In this document: one piece after another, positions 17,429-26,779 of the stretch
Layout: each line of letters begins with the position of its first letter
Position numbering within the stretch: position 1 is the stretch's first letter
Assembly: GCA_012837285.1 (NCBI GenBank)
Contig: DURJ01000075.1
Span: 10,023 to 50,022, forward strand
Direction of reading: 5' to 3'
Length of the DNA: 40,000 bases
DNA from: Bacillota bacterium
GTDB taxonomy: Bacteria > Bacillota > DTU030 > DUMP01
Position numbers and translations under genes: made by a program
Notes under the pieces: generated by a model
Seen by the model: the letters and a program-made list of their open reading frames with translations, nothing else
What the model was told of the DNA's origin: nothing
Database searches by the model: none

Positions 17429-18672
17429 TCCCGTACCTGACCGTTACCATAAACAATGTATTTGATCGTAGTCAGTTCCTTAAGGCCCATGGGGCCACGG
17501 GCGTGAAGCTTTTGAGTGCTGATGCCCATTTCGGCCCCGAATCCGTATTCAAACCCATCGGTAAACCTGGTCGACGCGTTAACATATACCGCCGCCGCAT
17601 CGACTTCCTCCAGAAAGCGTTGAGCATGAGCATAATCAGATGTGATAATAGCCTCCGAATGATGGGTTCCGTACTTATTGATATGATTGATAGCCTCATC
17701 GATCCCGGCCACTGTTTTGACCGCAATAATATAGTCGAGGTACTCTGTCCGCCAGTCTTCCACGCTGGCAAGCTTAACCTGGGAACATAGGCTCTTGACT
17801 CGAGGACAGCCCCGCACTTCAACGCCGCCGGCGGTCAGATCCGACACCACCTCGGGCACAAAAGCAGCGGCAATGCTTGCGTCCACCAACAAAGTCTCGC
17901 AGGCGTTACACACTCCAGGCCGACTACACTTGGCGTTCACCACAATCCGTCTGGCCATATCCTGGTCAGCGGAACCGTCCACATAAGTATGGCAATTGCC
18001 CACCCCGGTCTGGATCACCGGAACGGTAGCATTCTCCATTATGGCCCGAATAAGTCCGGCCCCGCCCCGCGGTATCAGCACATCTAGATATTCGCTCAGC
18101 CGCATCAGAGCCGTAGCTGCCTCCCGGCTGGTGTCTTCAATGAGGTCAACCGACCCTTCCGGCAGCCTAACAGCGACTAGAGCCCGTCGCAGGGCAGCCA
18201 CAATGGCTTTGTTGGAGTTAATAGCCTCCGAACCGCCCTTTAAGATCACTGCGTTACCTGCTTTCAGTGCCAAACCGGCTGCATCCACCGTCACGTTGGG
18301 CCGGGCTTCATAGATAATCCCCACTACCCCGAGTGGAACCCTCACCTGTCCGATTCGAAGTCCGTTCGGGCGTTTCCACATGGAAATCACTTCGCCGATG
18401 GGATCAGGCAAGTCCTGCAGAACCGCCAACCCTTCTGCCATACCTCTAATGCGGGCTGGGGTCAGGGTGAGCCGATCGATCAAAGCCGCCGACAGCCCCT
18501 TGTCTCGGCCGGCGGCAATATCAAGTTCATTGGCAGACAGAATCTCATCTTCCGCACACATTATCTCTTCTGCCATGGCTGCTAAAGCCCGATTCTTCAG
18601 TACCGATGATACCGTGCATAACACCCTGCTGGCCGCTTTGGCAGCTTGGCCCTTTTTGCGTACCTCCTCCAT
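17425..18672 (-). CDS. proA: Gamma-glutamyl phosphate reductase
   Basis: 415 aa, full-length colinearity with ProA (aldehyde dehydrogenase fold; ...VIQTGVGNCHTYVD..., ...NASTRFTDG...). Confidence 0.95.
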   Translation of the reverse strand: MEEVRKKGQAAKAASRVLCTVSSVLKNRALAAMAEEIMCAEDEILSANELDIAAGRDKGLSAALIDRLTLTPARIRGMAEGLAVLQDLPDPIGEVISMWKRPNGLRIGQVRVPLGVVGIIYEARPNVTVDAAGLALKAGNAVILKGGSEAINSNKAIVAALRRALVAVRLPEGSVDLIEDTSREAATALMRLSEYLDVLIPRGGAGLIRAIMENATVPVIQTGVGNCHTYVDGSADQDMARRIVVNAKCSRPGVCNACETLLVDASIAAAFVPEVVSDLTAGGVEVRGCPRVKSLCSQVKLASVEDWRTEYLDYIIAVKTVAGIDEAINHINKYGTHHSEAIITSDYAHAQRFLEEVDAAAVYVNASTRFTDGFEYGFGAEMGISTQKLHARGPMGLKELTTIKYIVYGNGQVRE

Positions 18673-18701
18673 GGATTAACCCTCCTCGGTCTGTTGTCTT
18701 A

Positions 18702-19517
18702 CTAACGCCATGTAGGCGGCAAAAACAATGTACCTACTTCTTCTCCGGCAGCAGCCGCCTTGATGAGCCCCGGCTTCTCCCCGGTGGCGATGATCATGGG
18801 AATGCCGGCCTCGCCTGCAATCCGAGCCGCTTCTATCTTGGTCACCATCCCACCTACTCCCAGATCCGAACCGGATCCGCTGGCCAACTCTTCAATTTCC
18901 GCTGTAATCTCCGGTACCAAGGGTATCAAGTGAGCCTCAGGCTGCTGTCGCGGGTCAGCTGTGTATAAACCTTCAATGTCGGAGAGCAATATCAAAAGGT
19001 CTGCTTGGGCCAGTTTAGCCACGTAGGCTGACAAAGTATCGTTATCACCGAACTCTATCTCTTCAGTGGCCACAGTGTCGTTTTCATTAACGATGGGAAT
19101 AACCTCATATCTTAGCAAGGTCTCAAAGGTATTGACGGCATTTTCGTACCGTTCACCATTGTCCACATCGGCTTTGGTCAGAAGTACTTGACCTACTATC
19201 AGGCCATACTCGGCAAAAAACTTCTCATATGTCTGCAATAGAATCCCTTGGCCAACAGCCGCCAAGGCTTGTTTTTCTGGTGTTGTCTTCGGTCGATGGT
19301 CAACCCTTAGGCGGGAACGACCTACAGCAATTGCTCCGGAACTCACCAAAATCACTTGATGACCACTGTGGGCCAGGTCAGCCAGTTCCCGGACCAAGTG
19401 TTCCATCCGATCCAAGTTTAGCTTTCCCGAATCATAAGTCAAGGTCGAGGTTCCTACCTTAACTGTAATCCGTTGTACATCCCGTAATCTTGAGCGTATA
19501 CTGCCCACATTCCTCAC
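18702..19517 (-). CDS. proB: Glutamate 5-kinase (short form without PUA domain)
   Basis: 271 aa. ITVKVGTSTLT start and amino-acid-kinase fold. The length indicates there is no C-terminal PUA domain. Confidence 0.9.
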   Translation of the reverse strand: MRNVGSIRSRLRDVQRITVKVGTSTLTYDSGKLNLDRMEHLVRELADLAHSGHQVILVSSGAIAVGRSRLRVDHRPKTTPEKQALAAVGQGILLQTYEKFFAEYGLIVGQVLLTKADVDNGERYENAVNTFETLLRYEVIPIVNENDTVATEEIEFGDNDTLSAYVAKLAQADLLILLSDIEGLYTADPRQQPEAHLIPLVPEITAEIEELASGSGSDLGVGGMVTKIEAARIAGEAGIPMIIATGEKPGLIKAAAAGEEVGTLFLPPTWR

Positions 19518-19522
19518 CCTTT

Positions 19523-21301
19523 CTATCTTACCTGGGCCCGGCCACGATAAACTAAACCTCGAACCGGATCCACCGTCACTACCATACCGTCCCGCATCAA
19601 CTGGAGAGCATCTTTAACTCCCACTACCACCGGTATGCCCAGATTAAGGCCGACCACGGCCGCATGGGATGTAAGTCCACCTTCGGCGGTAATGATAGCC
19701 GCTGCTCGTTCCATAAAGGGAATCATTGTCTTATCAGTGGTGTGGGTTACCAATATCTGGCCACGGTTGAACTTTTGTCTGCCCTCGCTGGCATCTTTCA
19801 ACACACAGACGCTCCCGGCTGTACCCACGTTCCCCACTCCGGTACCACGTGCCAGTATATCGCCCACTATCTGCGCCTTTATTAGATTTGTGCTGCCGGG
19901 CACTCCGGCCGGCACTCCGGCTGTGATAACCACCAGGTCTCCTTCCTTAATGTACCCATGATCCAGCGCCACTTGCACCGCCAAATCGATCATCTCGTCG
20001 GTATTGGCTGTGGTACGAGTCAACAGAGGATATACGCCCCACACTAACAGCAGTTGCCGCACCACGGTTTCCTTGGCAGTCACGGCGATAATAGGTGCCT
20101 GCGGGCGGTTCTTGGCTACCATCCGGGCCGTATAGCCTGAGCTGGTGGATACTAGAACAGCTGTGGCCTTAAGGGCCCGCGCGGCAGTACAAGTGGCATA
20201 ACTTATGGCGTCCGTGACACTAACATCTTCATTGAGTGCTTGGTGCTTTAGACCCCGCTCATACATCAGGGCACTCTCAGTGCGCTTGGCAATTCGCGCC
20301 ATATAGCTCACAGCCTCCATGGGATAACGCCCGGTAGCTGTTTCGGCTGACAACATCACTGCATCAGAACCGTCTAGAATAGCGTTCGCTACATCGCTAG
20401 CCTCGGCGCGGGTTGGCTGGGGAGTCAGCACCATCGATTCTAGCATCTGGGTTGCTGTAATCACAGGCTTACCCAGTCGGTTGGCTTTCGTAATAATCAT
20501 CTTCTGAATCAACGGCACTTCCTCGGCTGGAATCTCCACCCCTAAGTCGCCGCGAGCCACCATTACTCCGTCGGCCACCTTCAAGATGGCATCGATGTTC
20601 TCGACCCCTTCACCGCTTTCTATTTTGGCGATAATAGATGTGCTGGCTCCTAGCCGTTCCACAACCTCCCTAATTTGCAACACGTTCTGCGCCTTACGGA
20701 TAAATGAAGCGGCAATGAAGTCAACGCCGTTTTCCACTCCAAAAGTAATATCAGCCACATCTTGTTCGGACAATGCCGGCAGCGACAAGTTACAGCCGGG
20801 CAGGTTTAATTTCTTTCGATCCTGTAAGATGCCGGCATTTAGCACCCGACAGTGTACTTCCGTATCTGTAACTTCCTGTACTTCCATCGATATGGTACCA
20901 TCGGCCAAGAGAATGATTTGGCCGCTGTGAACATCTTGGGGAAGCTGTGGGTAAGATACCTGGGCCCGAGTCCGGTCTCCTATCACCGGATAAGTGGTGA
21001 AGGTAAAGCTGTCTCCTTCTTCAAGGGTAACCTGTCCGCTGGCGAAAGTACCCAGACGAATCTCCGGCCCTTTAGTATCGAGCATAATAGCTAAAGACCG
21101 GCCCAGCTGTTTAGACACAACCCTTAGAGTATTAATGCGCCGCTTATGAATAACATGGTCACCGTGGGAAAAATTGAGCCGAGCTACATCCATGCCGGCA
21201 ACCAACAGTTGCTGCACCTGCTCCACACTTTCACTGGCCGGTCCGATGGTACACACAATTTTTGTTCTGCGCACTAGATTATCACTCCCAATTAAAGGCA
21301 C
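19523..21301 (-). CDS. pyk: Pyruvate kinase with C-terminal PEP-utilizer (swivelling phosphohistidine-like) domain
   Basis: 592 aa. RRTKIVCTIGPAS, MLDTKGPEIR and MVARGDLGVEIP motifs. The roughly 110-aa C-terminal extension with GGLTSHAAVVGLNLGIPVVVG resembles that of Geobacillus/Bacillus PK. Confidence 0.95.
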   Translation of the reverse strand: MPLIGSDNLVRRTKIVCTIGPASESVEQVQQLLVAGMDVARLNFSHGDHVIHKRRINTLRVVSKQLGRSLAIMLDTKGPEIRLGTFASGQVTLEEGDSFTFTTYPVIGDRTRAQVSYPQLPQDVHSGQIILLADGTISMEVQEVTDTEVHCRVLNAGILQDRKKLNLPGCNLSLPALSEQDVADITFGVENGVDFIAASFIRKAQNVLQIREVVERLGASTSIIAKIESGEGVENIDAILKVADGVMVARGDLGVEIPAEEVPLIQKMIITKANRLGKPVITATQMLESMVLTPQPTRAEASDVANAILDGSDAVMLSAETATGRYPMEAVSYMARIAKRTESALMYERGLKHQALNEDVSVTDAISYATCTAARALKATAVLVSTSSGYTARMVAKNRPQAPIIAVTAKETVVRQLLLVWGVYPLLTRTTANTDEMIDLAVQVALDHGYIKEGDLVVITAGVPAGVPGSTNLIKAQIVGDILARGTGVGNVGTAGSVCVLKDASEGRQKFNRGQILVTHTTDKTMIPFMERAAAIITAEGGLTSHAAVVGLNLGIPVVVGVKDALQLMRDGMVVTVDPVRGLVYRGRAQVR

Positions 21302-21576
21302 AGGTTACCTTGCAGAATCTCGTTTGCTTCCTCTGCTTCTGACGCCGGCACCAAAATTTCCACACTGCTGGAACTGCCTAAGTGCGGCACCCCTAACGCC
21401 CGCAACATGACCAATACTCCTTCTTGGTTGAGAATACCTTTGAGCATTTCGGCCTCTATCCCATTGCGAGCCACATATACAACTGTCCACATCTTAAGCT
21501 GAGGCCCCCCTTGAACCCTTATAGTTAAGGATCTTATATCTTTCGCCCTGTCTTCAGCTAATTCCTTTTTCCCCAT
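21292..21576 (-). CDS. Small DUF2007-like protein (putative signal-transducing fold)
   Basis: 94-aa ORF. Its ATG overlaps the dnaE TAA (TAATG). The core MWTVVYVARNGIEAEMLKGILNQEGV...ILVPASEAEEANEIL resembles DUF2007. The true start could instead be the internal Met. Confidence 0.5.
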   Translation of the reverse strand: MGKKELAEDRAKDIRSLTIRVQGGPQLKMWTVVYVARNGIEAEMLKGILNQEGVLVMLRALGVPHLGSSSSVEILVPASEAEEANEILQGNLCL

Positions 21577-24500
21577 TAGATATTTCTTGTCTTCACCGCC
21601 ACATTGTCAGCGCCAAGTAGCTGCCTGAGCCGGGCTAGAAGATCCTCGCACAAGCGAACGTTGTAGCGCCTATCCCATCGCAGCAAACGTCGGTCATGGG
21701 CAAAAAGGACAAATACCGGACTGTCTCCTGGATAAGGTGCTATCTCGGCCTGTAACTCTCTGATATCAATCTGAGTGGAAGCGGTGAGCCGCAGGTACAG
21801 TGCTTGGGCTGCAGCCAGGGGCAGCAGCTTATCCACCAACACTTTGGGCAGCTCTTCGTTATGGTCGGCAGCCCGACCTTTTATCAAGATCAGTTGATCA
21901 CGCTGCAGCCACCGACTGCCGGCAAAAATATGCGGAAATACCACTGCTTCGAAACCCCCGGTCATATCTTCCACCGTGAGAAAAGCCATGGGTTCTCCCT
22001 TACGGGTGGTTATTTCTTTCCAATTACTGGCAATCCCACCCATTACCACCGGCGTGTCCGGCAGTATTTCCGCTAACTCATTACTCCAAGCCGTGACCAC
22101 CTGTCGTAACAGATCCGCTTTTTCCGCTAGCGGGTGCCCGCTTAGATACAACCCTAAGGCTTCCTTTTCCCAGGCCAACTTCACCTCCGTTTGGATCTCC
22201 GCCAGATTAGGCACCGGCACTTGAACTGAAGCCGGCGGCAAATCCCATAGCAACCCCTGGCCGCTTTGCTGTTGCCGTTGGTACGCCTGCCCCACTTCTA
22301 CTGCTCCATCTAAGATAGCTAGCTGTTGGGCGCGATTGCCGCCCAAAGTACAAGTAGCTCCGGCTTTGATCATGCTCTCCAGTGCCCTCTTGCTAATGCT
22401 GCCCAGATCTACCCGCTGGCACAGGTCAACTAAAGATTGAAACAGGCCGCCTTTCTCTCGCTCCCGGACCACAGTCTGCGCAGCCCCTCGCCCGACGTTC
22501 TTAATAGCCGCCAGCCCAAACCGGATCTGGCCGTTATCAACGGAAAAGTCCACGGCACTGGAATTTACCTCCGGAGGCAGCACTTTTAGCCCTAAGCGCC
22601 GGCATTCTTCACAGTATAGAGCCACCTTATCGGTGTCATCCATGATACTGGTCAATAAAGCCGCCATGAACTCAGCCTGGTAATTAGCCTTTAAATAGGC
22701 TGTTTCGTACGCCAACATGGCATAAGCAGCAGAATGAGATTTGTTAAATCCGTAGCCGGCAAAATACTCCATTAGGTCAAATACCCGGCTGGCGATTTCA
22801 GCTTCGACACCCTTCTCCTGCGCCCCGGCGACAAACCGCTGGCGTTCACCGGCCAGCACTTCCGGTTTCTTCTTGCCCATGGCCCGGCGTAGCATGTCCG
22901 CCTGTCCCAGCGTAAAACCGGCCAACCGGCTGGCAATTTGCATCACCTGCTCTTGATACAAGATAACACCATAGGTTTCGGCCAGGATCGGCTTCAGCAA
23001 TGGGTGCAAATAACGGACTTCTTTACGGCCGTGACGCCTGGCGATAAAGTCTTCGGCCATTCCGCTGCCCAGCGGTCCCGGCCGATATAAGGCTACCAGG
23101 GCCGTGAGATCATTTATTCCAACCGGTTTGAGCTCTCGAATCAGGGCTCTCATACCGGGGCTTTCCAATTGAAATACGCCGAAGGTATTGCCTGAGGCCA
23201 ACAGCTCATAGGTGGCTTTGTCGTCCAAGGGCATTGCGGCCCGTTCTTGGGCTCGGCCGCGCTTTTCCTGGACTAAACGTCTCGTCTCCTGGATAACAGT
23301 CAGCGTCCTTAGGCCGAGAAAATCCATCTTTAACAGACCAATTTCTTCTATGGTTTCCCAAGGGTATTGGGTAGTAATAATACCGTCAGCAGTCTGCTGG
23401 AGCGGGACATGCTCAATCAGCGGTCGGGCTGATATTACTACGCCGGCAGCATGGGTGCTGGCATGACGCGGCAATCCCTCCAGTTTCTGGGCTGCGTCTA
23501 CAAGACGGCGCACCCATTCCTCCCGTTGGTACAAATCTGCTAACTCCCGACTCGAAGTCAGCGCCCCGGCTAAACTTACCCCTGGTTCAGCTGGTACTAA
23601 CTTGGCCACTCGGTCCACATCACTGTAGGTATAATCATAAGCCCGACCTACATCGCGAATAGCAGCCCGAGCAGCCATGGTGCCGAAAGTAATGATCTGG
23701 GCCACATGATCGGGGCCGTATGTGGACTTTACGTAATCAATAACCTCATCGCGGCGATTGTCTGCGAAGTCGATATCAATATCCGGCAGGCTTACTCGTT
23801 CCGGATTTAGAAAACGTTCGAATAACAAGCCGTGGGCCAACGGATCAATATCGGTAATACCGAGGGTATATGCTACCAGGCTCCCTGCCGCTGAACCTCT
23901 CCCCGGCCCAACCGAGATATCATGTTCCCGGGCAAAGCGCACAAAGTCCCACACAATAAGAAAATAGCTGGCGAATCCCATCTTCCCGATTATATTCAAT
24001 TCATACTGTAACCGTTCTTGCGCTTGAGCAGCCGCCTGCTGATAGCGACGGATAAGGCCCTCCCAGCACAACCGTTCCAAATATGCTTCGGCCGACAATC
24101 CCTCTGGTACCGGAAATTTCGGCAGCAGTACTTGTCCCAGTTTTAGCTTTACCTGGCACCTTTCAGCGATGGCAACAGTGTTGGTCAGAGCTTGAGGAAT
24201 GGCGCTGAATATCTGGGCCATTTCGGCCTCGGATTTAAAATAGAATTCGTCAGTGGGAAAACGCATCCGGTCGGCCTGGTGAACGCTCTTGCCGGTTTGA
24301 ATACACAGAAGAAGATCGTGGTAGACAGCGTCCTCGCGCTGAAGATAATGAACGTCGTTGGTAGCTACCACCTTAATGTTCAGCCTTTTGGCCAGATTAA
24401 GCAGCTCACGGTTCAATCTGGGTTGATCCGGTAAGTTCTGATCTTGTAGTTCCAGAAAAAAGCTGTCGGGTCCGAACAAATCGCAGTACGTACCCGCCGC

Positions 24501-24971
24501 CTTGAGCGCTCCCGCCTCATTACTGGCCAAGAGGTGCTCGGGTATTTCTCCAGCCAGGCAGCCCGATAAAGCAATAAGACCATCCTTGTGCTCAGCCAGC
24601 AACTCCTTGTCCACCCGTGGCTTATAGTAGAAGCCCTCAGTAAAAGCCCGGCTTACCAACGCCATCAGATTGCCATAACCCTGTTCGTTCTCAGCAATCA
24701 AAACCAAGTGATTTAAGCGATCATCTACTCGAGCTGTACGATCGTGGCGGGTGCGAGGAGCAACGTAAACCTCACAGCCTAACAGCGGCTTGATATCATA
24801 AGCTTGTGCTGCCTTGTAAAAGTCCACGGCGCCGTACATAACTCCGTGATCGGTGAGAGCCACTGCCGGCATGCCCAGGCTCTTCGCTCTGCGAACCAAT
24901 TCCTCAATGCGACCGGCACCGTCGAGTAAACTATAGGCGCTGTGTACATGAAGATGGACAAAACCTGCCAT
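21576..24971 (-). CDS. dnaE: DNA polymerase III alpha subunit
   Basis: The ORF track extends to 25058. An ATG at 24971 with GGAGGT upstream gives MAGFVHLHVHSAYSLLDG, the PHP-domain start. The rest is colinear with DnaE. Confidence 0.95.
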   Translation of the reverse strand: MAGFVHLHVHSAYSLLDGAGRIEELVRRAKSLGMPAVALTDHGVMYGAVDFYKAAQAYDIKPLLGCEVYVAPRTRHDRTARVDDRLNHLVLIAENEQGYGNLMALVSRAFTEGFYYKPRVDKELLAEHKDGLIALSGCLAGEIPEHLLASNEAGALKAAGTYCDLFGPDSFFLELQDQNLPDQPRLNRELLNLAKRLNIKVVATNDVHYLQREDAVYHDLLLCIQTGKSVHQADRMRFPTDEFYFKSEAEMAQIFSAIPQALTNTVAIAERCQVKLKLGQVLLPKFPVPEGLSAEAYLERLCWEGLIRRYQQAAAQAQERLQYELNIIGKMGFASYFLIVWDFVRFAREHDISVGPGRGSAAGSLVAYTLGITDIDPLAHGLLFERFLNPERVSLPDIDIDFADNRRDEVIDYVKSTYGPDHVAQIITFGTMAARAAIRDVGRAYDYTYSDVDRVAKLVPAEPGVSLAGALTSSRELADLYQREEWVRRLVDAAQKLEGLPRHASTHAAGVVISARPLIEHVPLQQTADGIITTQYPWETIEEIGLLKMDFLGLRTLTVIQETRRLVQEKRGRAQERAAMPLDDKATYELLASGNTFGVFQLESPGMRALIRELKPVGINDLTALVALYRPGPLGSGMAEDFIARRHGRKEVRYLHPLLKPILAETYGVILYQEQVMQIASRLAGFTLGQADMLRRAMGKKKPEVLAGERQRFVAGAQEKGVEAEIASRVFDLMEYFAGYGFNKSHSAAYAMLAYETAYLKANYQAEFMAALLTSIMDDTDKVALYCEECRRLGLKVLPPEVNSSAVDFSVDNGQIRFGLAAIKNVGRGAAQTVVREREKGGLFQSLVDLCQRVDLGSISKRALESMIKAGATCTLGGNRAQQLAILDGAVEVGQAYQRQQQSGQGLLWDLPPASVQVPVPNLAEIQTEVKLAWEKEALGLYLSGHPLAEKADLLRQVVTAWSNELAEILPDTPVVMGGIASNWKEITTRKGEPMAFLTVEDMTGGFEAVVFPHIFAGSRWLQRDQLILIKGRAADHNEELPKVLVDKLLPLAAAQALYLRLTASTQIDIRELQAEIAPYPGDSPVFVLFAHDRRLLRWDRRYNVRLCEDLLARLRQLLGADNVAVKTRNI

Positions 24972-25077
24972 AACAAAATACCTCCTGCCTTCCTTGAAGA
25001 GGTATTCCACACCGACATCTTTTTTCCTTTTTGGCCCTTTTCCCGGAAAACTTAGCACTCCGTCATGTAAACAACAA

Positions 25078-25108
25078 CCCCCCTTCTCTGTACCACAAAG
25101 AAGGGGGT
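25078..25108 (-). terminator. Probable terminator after sepF
   Basis: Stem CCCCCTTCT / AGAAGGGGG (25079-25087 / 25099-25107) begins about 16 nt after the sepF stop. On the minus strand it is followed by GTTGTTGTTT, a weak U-tract. Confidence 0.5.
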
Positions 25109-25123
25109 GGTACCTGTGGCAGC

Positions 25124-25501
25124 TTACTCCGCGTCCAACCCAAAGAGATCCCGCATGTGTATGTTAACATCCATGGGAGCAAAGAGAAAGATAGCCGCTC
25201 CTATCTTTTCCATGTTGCCGTCTAAGGCATAGGTGGCTCCGCATAAATAGTCTACTAGCCGCTGAGCCGTATCCACAGGCACCCCTTCAAAGTTCACCAC
25301 CACCGCCTGGCCACTCTTAACCAAAGCGGCGATGGCTTCGCTCTCGGCAAAGGAGTTGGGACGGCGCACTACCACCCGCACCTCCGGCGTCGAAGGTCCT
25401 TCATTCTGCTCATTGTTTTCGTCCAGCAAGTCCCTGTCGTCTCGATTGAGCAATTGGCGTATTTTGCGCCAGAGGTCGGGCATGTCCTTCATCCTTCCCA
25501 A
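25124..25501 (-). CDS. sepF: Cell-division protein SepF
   Basis: 125 aa. C-terminal DUF552 core VVVRRPNSFAESEAIAALVKSGQAVVVNFEGVPVDTAQRLVDYLCGATYALDGNMEKIGAAIFLFAP. Confidence 0.8.
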   Translation of the reverse strand: MGRMKDMPDLWRKIRQLLNRDDRDLLDENNEQNEGPSTPEVRVVVRRPNSFAESEAIAALVKSGQAVVVNFEGVPVDTAQRLVDYLCGATYALDGNMEKIGAAIFLFAPMDVNIHMRDLFGLDAE

Positions 25502-25564
25502 CTAGATAAGCCACTGGACAAGCAAGCTTGTTGTAGTTCTAACCAGACTCCTCTTCGCTATCAG

Positions 25565-26758
25565 CTACTTGGCCTCTGCCACCACGTCCTTCACCCGCAA
25601 CAAGCCCTTTTCAATCACATCCAGTGAAGTCGCATATGAGAACCGAACAAAACGATCATCTCCAAAAGCAGCCCCAGGCACCAAGGCCACGTGGCCTTCA
25701 GTAAGAAGCACCTCGGCCAAATCCACCGATCCGTTTATCTTCCGTTCACGGATAGTCTTCCCAAACAAGCTCGCTACCTGAGCAAAAACGTAGAAAGCAC
25801 CTTCCGGTTTGCAGCAACTCATCCCCGGTATCGCATTAATCCCCTTGACCATCTGTTCCCGACGGCGGGTAAACTCAGTCAGCATCTTCTGCACCGGTGT
25901 CTGGTCTCCGGTAAGGGCGACCACCGCCGCCTTTTGAGCAATGGCATTAGGGTTAGAAGTAGCATGGCTCTGAATGTTAGCCATAGCCTGGGCTAACACC
26001 CTGGGTGCAGCTGCATAGCCTATACGCCAACCGGTCATGGCATATGTCTTGGATACCCCGTTTACGGTGACCGTATGTTCCTTAACTTCTGGCCCTAAAG
26101 CGGCCACACTGGTGAATACCGCTCCGTCGTAGAGCAGCTTCTCGTAGACCTCGTCAGCAATGATCACAATGCCGCGCGGTACCAGAATATCAGCCAAACT
26201 CTCCAGTTCTGGTCGTGAGTACACGGCCCCGGTGGGGTTATTGGGTGAATTGATGAAAATTGCTTTGGTCCGATCGGTAATATGTTCCTGTAGCTGCTCT
26301 GGTCTCAGCTTAAACCCATCCTCAGCTGCAGTCGGGATGATAACCGGGGTGCCACCGTTTAACTTGATCATTTCCGGATAGCTGACCCAATACGGTGCCG
26401 GTACGATCACCTCGTCTCCGTCATCCACCAAAGCCTGTAGCGCATTGTAAATAGAATGCTTAGCTCCGTTGGAGACTATCACGTCCGCAGGCTCATATTG
26501 AAGCTCATTATCACGGTCCAACTTCATACAGATGGCTTCTTTCAGTTCCGGGATACCAGCAGCCGGTGTATAGCGAGTAAACCCTTCTCTGATCGCTTCT
26601 ATCCCGGCCGCGGCAATATGTGCCGGAGTATTGAAATCAGGTTCACCCACAGTAAATGACAGCACATCTATACCCTGCCGCTTCATTTCTTTGGCTCGGG
26701 CATTCATGGCCAAAGTGGGTGATGCACCAATATTTTGAGCTCTTGTTGCCAGGCGCAC
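25565..26758 (-). CDS. aspC: Aspartate aminotransferase (class I PLP aminotransferase)
   Basis: 397 aa. SFTVGEPDFNTP, NSPNNPTG, and the PLP-lysine context NGVSKTYAMTGWRIGY. Confidence 0.9.
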   Translation of the reverse strand: MRLATRAQNIGASPTLAMNARAKEMKRQGIDVLSFTVGEPDFNTPAHIAAAGIEAIREGFTRYTPAAGIPELKEAICMKLDRDNELQYEPADVIVSNGAKHSIYNALQALVDDGDEVIVPAPYWVSYPEMIKLNGGTPVIIPTAAEDGFKLRPEQLQEHITDRTKAIFINSPNNPTGAVYSRPELESLADILVPRGIVIIADEVYEKLLYDGAVFTSVAALGPEVKEHTVTVNGVSKTYAMTGWRIGYAAAPRVLAQAMANIQSHATSNPNAIAQKAAVVALTGDQTPVQKMLTEFTRRREQMVKGINAIPGMSCCKPEGAFYVFAQVASLFGKTIRERKINGSVDLAEVLLTEGHVALVPGAAFGDDRFVRFSYATSLDVIEKGLLRVKDVVAEAK

Positions 26759-26779
26759 TAAAAATCCCCCTTACTAATT

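Noticed and set aside
24972-25058. N-terminal 29-codon extension of dnaE (MLSFPGKGPKRKKDVGVEYLFKEGRRYFV)
   Set aside because: The conserved PHP domain begins at the internal ATG 24971, which has a good GGAGGT Shine-Dalgarno. The extension is not family-like and would run into the sepF terminator region.
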